From positions 1 to 48,657 of the forward strand of contig JAADVB010000141.1 in NCBI GenBank assembly GCA_023334545.1: DNA of 48,657 bases, written 5' to 3'. Positions within the stretch are counted from its first letter, which is position 1. Each line of letters opens with the position of its first letter. This stretch comes from Salisapilia sapeloensis CBS 127946 (taxonomy: Eukaryota; Protista; Oomycota). The translations under genes and the position numbers were made by a program. Below the pieces are notes generated by a model, which saw only the letters and a list, made by a program, of their open reading frames with translations, did not search any database and was not told the DNA's origin. Shown in pieces: positions 1-9,330 of this stretch.

Positions 1-1
1 G

Positions 2-145
2 GACGGCTCGACAGTGGTTTCGGGCGCAGGAGACGAGACGCTCCGTTTCTGGCAGGTCTTCGCCTCCGACGGCAAGGACAAGAGGAAGCCATCCGGGAAT
101 GGACGGCAGACGTTCCGACCGTCGACATTCCAGACTATCCGATAA
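2..145 (+). CDS. CDC20/FZR1: 3' end of Cdc20/Fizzy-family APC/C activator (WD40), truncated by the window start
   Basis: Frame from nt 2 reads DGSTVVSGAGDETLRFWQVF...STFQTIR*. This is the last WD40 blade signature of Cdc20/Cdh1 plus the C-terminal Ile-Arg (IR) tail. Cdc20 versus Cdh1 is not resolvable from this fragment. Confidence 0.9.
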   Translation, partial: DGSTVVSGAGDETLRFWQVFASDGKDKRKPSGNGRQTFRPSTFQTIR

Positions 146-261
146 GTCCCTGCCTTCAGCCATTGAATCCGATGTCCAACGTGATGAAATGACCAGATAT
201 GTTATCAATGAGACCAGTAGCTTTGCTATGAATACGAAATACTCTCGAATTTGCACTTTGT

Positions 262-2162
262 CTATTTACCTTTCTTTAGTTTTGCGTACTTGGTCTTGAG
301 TTTGTCTAGCTCTTGACGTAGGAAGACGTTCTGTTCCTCTCTTTCCTTTATGACTTGATATAAGTTGCTAGATGTCTCTTGGTTGGATGTCTGCAATTGA
401 GCTGTAAGTTTCTGGATTTCATCTTCTTTTCGTTGTAAGCTCTCCCGCATCGTCTGTCGTATCGTTTCGACCTCATTTCGGTCACTAGAAGATGGACGTG
501 AGGGTACAGGAGGTAGACGAACTGTCGGTTGCTTCAATCCAGATATAAACTCCTTTGACGTACTATCTGCCTTCAGTGCTCGGATCTGCTCTTCCTTCTC
601 CTGAAGCTGTGACTGCAGTGTCCGTAGACGATCTGCTAGTCGCTCCTTTTCAGTCGCTATTACACGGAACTGTGTGACCTCGCTCTGAGGCGGCATACTC
701 ATCGAGTTACCATTCTTATTGTTTGAAGAAGTCACACCTCGTTGGTAGTCAGCAACGAGCTTTCGTAATCGGTCTAGCTCGGCTCTGTCTGTCGTGGATC
801 CTCCATCAGCCGTTCGAGCTCGTTTTAGCTCATGTATCTTGATCTTCCAGACGCCAAGTTGCTTCTGCAGTGCTTCAATAAGTGCATCATCGTTCTGTGA
901 CTTGGTAATGACGACTTGGAAACGCTCCTTTAGTTCCGCCTTCTCTTGCTCGAGAATCGATACTCGAGATCGAGCTGCATCCTTCTTCTTTGTCAATTGC
1001 TGTAGCTTTTGCTGAAGACTTTCGTTTGTTTTTTCTAGATCATCCACTTGATGTTGCCGAGCAGCTTGTCTTGCGGCTAGATTTAAGTGAGCTTTCTTGT
1101 CCACATTCTGATCATTGCCAGTAGATGGAGCTGGGAGGTAAAAGTTGACAGTTTCTACTTCTTTTTCATTTGCAGCTAAAGACTGATTCGACTTGACTGC
1201 TGCCAACTCTGCCTTGAGCTTTTTTACTCGCGACTTTAATGTCAGAATTTGTTCCGCTCTACCTCTTCTAGCATTTGCCAGCGCATTCGCATCCGTATTG
1301 CGAATCAAGTCGTCGAGAGTAAAGCCTTCACCTACTTCTTTCAGAAGTGCTCTTTGGGTTTTCTTAAGTTCCTGCTGTAAAGTTTCATTTTGAAGCTTCA
1401 GTTCATCGCATTTACTTCGTAGTGATCGATGCCGATTGTTGTCTTCAGATGAAGTATCGGTATTATTAGTATCATCTTTAGACATTTGGAGAGCCGAATC
1501 GGAGAACATATTGCGTGACGCAGCGGCTCGAGTTTCCATCCGTTGCAACTTGAGATTTGCAGTCTCGAGCTCGTCTGCTAGCTTTTGATTTTCTGTCTCC
1601 AACTCTTTCGATCGTTGCATCGCCTTTGAAGCACTATGCTTTTCCCGTTGAACGGATCGCTTAAGTGTACGAATCGTCTTTGCTTGATGAACAATCTTAA
1701 CGTCACGCACGTCCTACATTGGCATCTGTAATCTAAGCACAAGTCGATGGATAGTACATCAAATGACTTACGTGATCCTCATCATCTCGCTCAAGAAGGG
1801 CATTTTCCACCGCAGATACATCCAATCCAGGCACAGGCGCCAGTGCTTCGAGTTTGATCTGCATACTACAAGACAAGCCCCAAGTTACAAATCAAAGTCT
1901 TACTCCATGAGTTGATCTCGAACCTGTAGATCTGTTGTTTCAAATTTGCAACTTCTGCAGTCAAGTGTTTGTTTTCCTGCCGGATGCATTCATTGCTGTG
2001 GGTGTTTCCATCTTCTGCGTGACTCTGGTTTCCATTACCATCGCCTCGCCCAGCATCTTTAGTCGTGGGCAACGTACTACTTTCCAATGCACCTTGCTTT
2101 CCATCCAAGTCATTGCACCCAAACGGATCCGACGACATGTCCGAGTCGGAGCTTGATGACAT
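262..2162 (-). CDS. CCDC13: CCDC13-like coiled-coil protein (centriolar satellite/cilia-associated), 3 exons
   Basis: Exons 2162-1924, 1865-1772 and 1713-262 are joined by two 58-nt GT-AG introns that keep the frame. The segment QQELKKTQRALLKEVGE...RGRAEQILTLKSRVKKL resembles the CCDC13 conserved block (recalled, not searched). The exact start codon is uncertain. Confidence 0.7.
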
Positions 2163-2463
2163 CGGATCCGAGTCCGGTCGCTCCACCTACTCATTCAAAC
2201 AAATCTCCTTATCGATATCCCATAACAAGTGGAAATTTGTACACACCCCTGCAAGACTCTTGCGCAGCGTAACGTCGATCACCTTTCGTCCGCTACTTGT
2301 ATGCTTCACATCCGTATTGGCAATCTCCATCGTGTAATTGATCACTGACGAAAGCTAGAATTAGATACTCGTTTCAAAGATGAATTGCATGTGATACAAC
2401 TAGTACGTTTTATTTCCTTTCTTTACGATCACGTCAACTCTGGACTACATCGTCCATTCCATC

Positions 2464-4848
2464 TTACAACGTTCCTTCCTCTACCTCGTCATCACTTACT
2501 TTGACAGAGGCAGCAACCAAGTTTTCCAAGTCCGCAAACACTTTCTCCGTCGCCTTGGCTTTACTTAAAGATGACACCGTGTGGGTCTTTCGATTGCCAC
2601 TTTCCTTTCTATTCGAGTGATGTGGCGAAGGACTTGAAAGGGTCTTCTTCGTCGGCAAAGCGGGACTGCTACCATGTCTCGATCGCGTCCCATTGGAACT
2701 AGCAGCTGACGAAGCTCGCTTCATGCGATTGGAGCTAGGGTGCACACGCTTCTGGACGTCCACAGACAGTAGTTGTAGTCGATCAAACAGCTCCTTGGGT
2801 TTAAAGAAAAGCTGGAGACTATGCATCTGACTTTCTTCAATCGACATCATACCAAACCCACGTACTTCTACTCGACTCCCATCGCCTTTGATAGCATTGT
2901 AGTGACCACTATAAGGTCCCCAATGTCTCCACGAAAAGTAGCATTGCGGTGGTTGCGTGTACACTTGCAGCACTTCCATGGGAAAGCCGCCGCTTAGTGC
3001 TTCTGACAGCAGAGCGCGTGGATCTTTGACGTTCTCTCCATTCGCTTCCTCTCTATCGGACACTTCAGCAAGACAGTCCCGTAGGAAGAGCATACCGAAG
3101 AAATCTTCTTCCTTGAGATTCGAAGCAGATACTTGCGGACCGTCATTCACTTGCATGTAGAACTTGTCTGGATGGATGCTTGACCAAGGAGATGCAGTGT
3201 GCTTATGCGAGATTTCCATAATGAACGTCTGTAGACAGCCTTCGACATACGATTCGAGAGGCGTCGAGTCTCCATCACGTTCCTTACCTTTGATGTACGC
3301 AAGGTCCGTGAGAAGAAAGTCTGGTAGTCCATATTTCCACTGGATGGAACAACGAGACGTGAAGTCAGCAACGTCCTCATCATCAGACGGTAGACCACGA
3401 CGTTCAGGTAGCTTTGCTCCTTGTGCTACAAGTGTCTCGAGTTCCTTCTGAGCTTCTTCTCTCTTCTGGTCTGAAAGCGACATGTTCGAGCCTGCTGCCG
3501 GAACGAACAGTAAGACATTTCCATTTGATGTCTTCGATGTTCCATCCGTTGCACTCATGAGGATCGCATCACTTGATTTGACACTCGATGCTTTACCACT
3601 CTCCGACGATCCGTCCACGGACTCTGTCTTTTGGGTGCTTGCATCCGACCGAGCTGCTCGTCTCGATTTCATGTATGCAAACAAGTTTTTCGTGGCAGTA
3701 CTTGTGGTGGGCGTTTCCTTACTGTCACTTTCTTTTCGTGGCACCTTTTCAGTCGACTCGGTGGCCGAGCGTTCGATAGACTCTACCTGATCCTTTGCAT
3801 CGGCCGTATGCGTAGTCTTGTCCGGAAGATGGGACTTGTTCGCCTTGCGACGAGCTTCATTGATCCGTTCGTTCGTACTCTGCGATCGAGTCGATCGTGA
3901 CTTGTTCACGGTAGCTGCACGATTCCGTTGGCAATTTGGTGATGCCCAATTGTCTGCTACTTTGTCGCTGGCCTCGGTATCCAGCGCTTGGACTGGTGGG
4001 TTGATAGGTCCCATCATCTGGACGGACTGCAAAGCTTCTAGCCACTGCGCCTTATGCTCAACGCTCTTGGCCATGTACTTGAACGTCGCTCTCTTTCCAT
4101 CCGCCTTTTCCGTTACGACTTCGAATAGTGCCGATCCGCCTTTGGATGCAGTCGCTCGAACTTCATCTCCACTCGCACTTGCTTCCGTACTCCGACCGCC
4201 GACTCTGTCAGGGTCTCGAGCCATAAGGACTTTGCAAACGAGCGACGGACTGACACCGTCGGCTGGAGAGGTTTCGCTTATCGGACGACCAGAAGCTCTC
4301 CATAGATTAAAGTTCGTTTCGTCCCGACTGCAGTAGAGACTCGATGTCTGTGGCAATAGGAAATAGTACTTCTTTTCATATTTTTTCAATACGCCTCGAC
4401 GTGCGTGCAGATAGTCATGGTGAAGAATGGCCGTCCCGGATGCTCGACGGCGATATCTGCCATCAGCCTGTCTGTGACTAGACGAATGGGACTGGGAAGC
4501 GGATGCCTGAGATCGTTCCGTCGCGCTGTAACTGGAAGACACGTTATGGCTGCTGTACTGACTATGAGAGCTCTTGCTGCCGCTGCTACCGGCGGCACTG
4601 CGTTCATCCTGAGGTTTCACCGGTGACTGTTTATCACGTCGGACTTGTGCGTCTTCATTAACGGGTTCCGATTCTGCTTGGGACTTTTCATTGTCACGTG
4701 GCGCTCTGTCCACGGACGAAGACGCTGCCGTGGGGGACTTGTGCGCGGTCATGGTCGCAGTGGCGACTGTTTTGCTACTGGTCTTACCAGCGCGAGCGTC
4801 CGTCTTCCCACTGGACTTAGTCCGGCTTCTAAAATGTCCAAACGCCAT
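2464..4848 (-). CDS. PH-domain + 'pathogen-related protein' (SnoaL/NTF2-like) fusion protein, 794 aa, single exon
   Basis: PH-like region at ~4425-4025 (YLHARRGVLKKYEKKYYFL...AKSVEHKAQWLEALQ). The C-terminal region ~3350-2775 (FIMEISHK...GGFPMEVLQVYTQPPQCYFSWRHWGPYSG...VEVRGFG...ELF) matches the plant/fungal pathogen-related protein family pattern. Ser-rich linkers flank both domains. Confidence 0.8.
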   Translation of the reverse strand: MAFGHFRSRTKSSGKTDARAGKTSSKTVATATMTAHKSPTAASSSVDRAPRDNEKSQAESEPVNEDAQVRRDKQSPVKPQDERSAAGSSGSKSSHSQYSSHNVSSSYSATERSQASASQSHSSSHRQADGRYRRRASGTAILHHDYLHARRGVLKKYEKKYYFLLPQTSSLYCSRDETNFNLWRASGRPISETSPADGVSPSLVCKVLMARDPDRVGGRSTEASASGDEVRATASKGGSALFEVVTEKADGKRATFKYMAKSVEHKAQWLEALQSVQMMGPINPPVQALDTEASDKVADNWASPNCQRNRAATVNKSRSTRSQSTNERINEARRKANKSHLPDKTTHTADAKDQVESIERSATESTEKVPRKESDSKETPTTSTATKNLFAYMKSRRAARSDASTQKTESVDGSSESGKASSVKSSDAILMSATDGTSKTSNGNVLLFVPAAGSNMSLSDQKREEAQKELETLVAQGAKLPERRGLPSDDEDVADFTSRCSIQWKYGLPDFLLTDLAYIKGKERDGDSTPLESYVEGCLQTFIMEISHKHTASPWSSIHPDKFYMQVNDGPQVSASNLKEEDFFGMLFLRDCLAEVSDREEANGENVKDPRALLSEALSGGFPMEVLQVYTQPPQCYFSWRHWGPYSGHYNAIKGDGSRVEVRGFGMMSIEESQMHSLQLFFKPKELFDRLQLLSVDVQKRVHPSSNRMKRASSAASSNGTRSRHGSSPALPTKKTLSSPSPHHSNRKESGNRKTHTVSSLSKAKATEKVFADLENLVAASVKVSDDEVEEGTL

Positions 4849-5560
4849 CGAGAGTAGATGATCTACACGGAGACAGTCGACTTATGCGTTTTTATCCTTC
4901 GATTCGCCTGTCGCAATACTAGGCCGACGGACTGCTGTTGCCGCCGAAAGAAGCACAATGACCTGTTCGTAGTCATGATGGATGTCGCGTGTGTTACAAC
5001 GAAAGGCTGATGCGTTGGATGGAGCTTGGTTGGTAACTCGTATTAAAAGCTGGAGGTACAGATAGTTGATTTACACTTGCACATGTATCCGAGCGGATGG
5101 GCGCTTGTATTCGAGTTGAAGGGGAGACAGGTCAGTCCTTTTTTCCTGTGAAGATGGGTCGAAGCTTCCCCTTGTCCGTCCTCTACTAGCTCCAACGTAT
5201 TCAGTAGGATACGCTTTGATGTTCGCGCAATATTCGATAAAACCTGGTCGAAATGGATTTACTGCTACATGAGCGCAAACTGGTTTGGCGGAAGAATACG
5301 GTAACGTAACCGCCAAGCTTTCCGTTATTGCGCACCCACTATTCGGAACCTTGCAAGCGCTGACATGACAAAGTGAAGACAAGAAACACTTGGTGCATGC
5401 AGACGACGTATGTTTTCCTATTTACATCTGAGGACACGTCGTCTAGTCTCTATGACAAAAGACTCGTAAACACTGCGTCTGGACGGGCGAATGTACATTC
5501 AAATCAGACAACGTGTGGCCAGGTCCGATCCTACACATCCGAAGCCCATCTATGAAACGT

Positions 5561-6590
5561 CTACTTTTGCTTCTTCTGCCCGAGTTGCTTCATATGCGCG
5601 ACTTGGCGACGATATTCCATTATCGGTATGGCCGGTGCGCCACCTACCGCATAAATCAAGTAAACGGTGGAAAAGTTGGATACAATCGAAGAATACCGTA
5701 AGCGGCATTGGACGCGAGATCGTTCATGACGCCACTTTTTGCTGCAATCTGGATGTTGTCTCCGATCTTCAGATGCTGCGTGATGCCGACTTGACCACCA
5801 ATGTACACGTTGTTTCCGATCGTAGTGCTGCCAGCGATGCCTGTCTGGGCTGCAATCACGCAGCGACTACCAAGCTGCACATTATGTCCAATTTGTATCT
5901 ATCGCGATGATAGTTAGTTTCATCCACTAGGACGATTTATTTAAGGAGAAACTCAAACGAGATTGTCTAGCTTGCATCCGCTGCCAATAACCGTATTTCG
6001 CCAGCTACCTCGGTCAATCGTGCAGTTTGCTCTGCCTCGAGTTTTAGATGGTTTCTCTAAATGCATTTGAGCTGTTTAAATATAGTACCCGATCTCAACG
6101 TCATCCAAGATGTCGACACGTAGCTCCTGTGGCTTCTTTCCATGGTCACCATCGGAAGAAAGGTTAAAACCAAAGCCGTCCTAGGTGTAGATGTATTCAT
6201 TATGAACATGTCCATCCGTGGTTGATAATGGTAATATGGACTGTACTTGGCCAATTTTAACGCCAGGATGAAGAACGACACGGCTTCCGACCGTGCAATT
6301 CGCCAGCACAGCATGGGGAGAGATCACACAATCATCTCCAATCTCGACGTTCTCCCCGATGTATGCAAATGGCTCGATGCGACAGCGTTGTCCAAGCTTT
6401 GATTGTAATTAGCGATAGGATTATCGGGATGACCATTTTGAGATTTCTAAAGTACCGTCGCGGAGGGATGCACATACGCTTGATGACTCACTTGGCTCTC
6501 GGATGACACAAACCGCGAAAAGACATTTGTCAGTGCGAACGATGAGCGGAAAGCACCGACCGAGGCGCTGACATGAGCCCGACGGAGCAT
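5561..6590 (-). CDS. lpxD: UDP-3-O-acylglucosamine N-acyltransferase LpxD, probably mitochondrial, 6 exons, 244 aa
   Basis: Exons 6590-6456, 6396-6247, 6180-6089, 6031-5959, 5898-5697 and 5643-5561 splice in frame across five GT-AG introns of 53-66 nt. The product has hexapeptide repeats, GQDGFGF, KKPQ, GANCTIDRGSWR, DNLIQIGHN (catalytic His) and GGAPA. The N-terminus is Arg/Ser-rich and acid-free, like a transit peptide. Confidence 0.92.
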
Positions 6591-6699
6591 ATCGATCCGT
6601 TTTGATACTTTGTGTGTTTTGGCCAAATTACCATGCACCAGAATTGATGGTACATGTAGAATTGTATTTGACTAGAGATGTCCAAAGATATGCTAAGTG

Positions 6700-8029
6700 A
6701 ATGTGCTTGTCGAGAGTACGTCTTCAACTCCATTTCGATACGAGGCAGAAACGAGATGTAATTGTAGGATATGATGTGAGTTCGAGAATCTTTCTCGATT
6801 AACGTATAAATCGGTGAGATTGCAATCGGAAGAGCGTTCAAATGTGTGACTAAGCGCTCCAAGTTGCTTGATCGCAAGTATGATTGAGTAGAAATGGTAG
6901 TGTAATGATACTCATCGCATGCACTGGTAGTGTTTGATCCATATTAGTCGCTTTGAAAGCTGCGAGTACTACGATGAATGAGAAAGAGAGAGATGTTGCC
7001 TATTGACAAATATGAAGGCAATTTCCTACCGACTTAAAAGTTTCTTTAGAGGCAGTTCTGTCGAGCAAACAACAGGTACTGGATTTGGAGGGGATGTAGG
7101 TAGTATTTCTTCGGAGAATTGAAAAGTATGACTATTATTGATCGTATCCGTTTCTACTTTGTTGTACTGAAATATGAATTTATTCTACCAAGCATCTCTA
7201 TAACGATGCTACAAGAGCTGTACAATGCTGGTGTCTTTTAATCTAAGAAAATTTTACTCTACCTCTGAAGGCTGCAAGGAGCAAAAATATCTACGAGTGT
7301 CAATAGCATTCGCGACATTGTCGTGCGCAACGCGGTTGTTAATGCCGCCATACATTGAAGGGTGCGATACTGACAGCGCTATACTAAGTGTGGGCTGAGA
7401 GTAGACGGTAGTCTTCTGTTTAAGTAGATCTTTTGGAAGTCTTGCTGTAGAGAATGATAATTGTTGCTACTTCAGTATGCATTATAGAGCTTTACGCTGT
7501 CGTTATTTCGACTTAGAGATGGGCTTATTGATAATATTCCTTTAAGGCAAAGCATTTGCGATTTCTGAAAGTATGCAGACATCGCCAAGTATCCCGTTCC
7601 CAGCATCACGACAAAAGACGCTTCGCCAAATGCATAGCACCCCAAAAGGCCTACACGAAGAAAGATACTTTGAACAGGGCTAAAGACAAAGATGCTCTGA
7701 CTAAATTCACTGGAGTTTATCGGTCTCTTTTGATCATTTAGGTCAAGTTGTCGAACAGCAGCATGCCGACAGTATAATAGAATATCGATATCGCTAGCAT
7801 CTATACTATTCAAACTGATCGAGAGAAGAATATGCACAGTTGGGAACAATATACCGAGGAAAGTATCAGTGTGAAAGGTAGTTCTTGACCGCAAGTGTGC
7901 AGAAGAGTTCTGGCCAGAAGCCAGTCGTTCTGCGTCAAAGAACTTCTGTTGGACGATGCGTAGCTTTGCAAGTACCCCACCATACTCAAATATGACAAAT
8001 AACTCTAATTGCCTAGGCTTAAAGGCCAC
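6700..8029 (-). CDS. Possible multi-exon hypothetical protein (weak LRR-like segment)
   Basis: 185-aa ORF at 7472-8029, an open segment at ~7263-7465 bounded by splice-like signals, and ORF 6530-6877. I could not build a consistent gene model, so the boundaries are approximate. Confidence 0.3.
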
Positions 8030-8167
8030 TTTAGTAGTTGGGTAATTTAGTTGTTGAAGTCATTGCCATCATTAAGAACATTAATCCCAAATGCCCATAC
8101 CATTGATCATACCCAAGGTACAACTCCAGACCAATCTTCCATAAAGGTTTCAGTTCGTCCCATGATT

Positions 8168-8183
8168 GCTCATTCTGCATTCT
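8168..8183 (+). promoter_or_regulatory. Oomycete Inr/FPR core promoter element
   Basis: GCTCATTCTGCATTCT is a 15/16 match to the GCTCATTYYNCAWTTT consensus and lies about 35 nt upstream of the ATG at 8218. Confidence 0.7.
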
Positions 8184-8217
8184 TCATACTAAAAAGGATA
8201 GTCAGGTCCATCAAGAT

Positions 8218-8511
8218 ATGCAGGCGAATGAAGCTATCGTCATTGCTCCATTGCTCTTCTTGGTCATGCTGCTAGCGCTAGCTAAATGCTATTGCTATAT
8301 GCGCAACTGGAAGCAACGGCAGGATTCAGAGTCAAGCCATGGCACAAGCAGGCAATACGATGACACAAACGGTATCGCTGAAACTCCACTCAATAGCACC
8401 GAGAAGGCACGTGCCAGTGATGGTCGAAAGCGAAGCAGTAAGGTGGAAGCCGAAGATGATTACTTTGAAGATGCAGCACCAAAATGCAGCTACAGATCGT
8501 TTTTTGTGTGA
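8218..8511 (+). CDS. Small single-pass membrane protein (97 aa) with juxtamembrane Cys pair
   Basis: MQANE + hydrophobic AIVIAPLLFLVMLLALA + KCYCYMR + polar/acidic tail. A strong Inr/FPR element lies immediately upstream. Confidence 0.65.
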   Translation: MQANEAIVIAPLLFLVMLLALAKCYCYMRNWKQRQDSESSHGTSRQYDDTNGIAETPLNSTEKARASDGRKRSSKVEAEDDYFEDAAPKCSYRSFFV

Positions 8512-9330
8512 CCTTGGCGGTTCCGAGTTAGGTCTATTCCAAGTAGAGCATGAACCGAGTAGCATGTTAAACGCGAGACCACAGATCAGCTGGGTGCTGC
8601 GTCAAGTGTATACGTCCATTGAATAAACTTGAAAGGTTTTGATTCTTTCTACAAGCCTGTAAGGCGCCTCATCTGCTATCTAGCTATTCTAGCAGACAAA
8701 CAACACGATGTAGCTAGGTTGTTCTTCCGCTCCGCTGCTCGTCACCATCAAATTATCACATGGTTCACCACCTTCCGTCTATGTTTCCATGACAACTTTT
8801 AGGAGGACATGTGGATAAGCAATGTATTTTTGATCACTCGATCATCCTTCGAAGGTTTATTCTGTAATGCTTACCACTCGCTCGTATTCCTCCGAGTTGA
8901 GGTGACACCGATATAAGTTGAAACAGTATAAGCAAGTGTATACTTCCCCATCGGCCTTCCATCCAGCTTTGCATACAAAACAAATTCGTTTAAGAAGTAC
9001 TTGCTGATCTTTGTTCAGCTATGACAGAAGCAGAAATGTACTAATTGACTTCACCTCGTTCATCTAACGACAACGTAGACCTGTGGATGCGTTAGCTTGC
9101 AGAACCACATTCAAATAAGAAATATAAACTACAATCGGCATCTCGTACGTCATAGCTTGACTAAGCAATCTTTTTTACTAGTTTAAGGATACCACAATGC
9201 GGCATGCACATATTATTTCCTACTTAGTGGCTTCGATCTCTACTCGCTTTCTTCATACATTTGCACACGTGGTCCCACGATAGGTTTCGTACTTTATTCA
9301 TGTGGTTCTACTGTCAACAAATTTTGCTAT

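Noticed and set aside
5071-5382. 103-aa minus-strand ORF between LpxD and the PH-PRP gene
   Set aside because: It begins at TTG, shows no motif or convincing splice connection, and lies in the probable promoter of the PH-PRP gene.
5561-6590. LpxD as bacterial contamination or recent horizontal transfer
   Set aside because: Five spliceosomal introns, a transit-peptide-like leader and eukaryotic neighbours argue for a long-resident nuclear gene.
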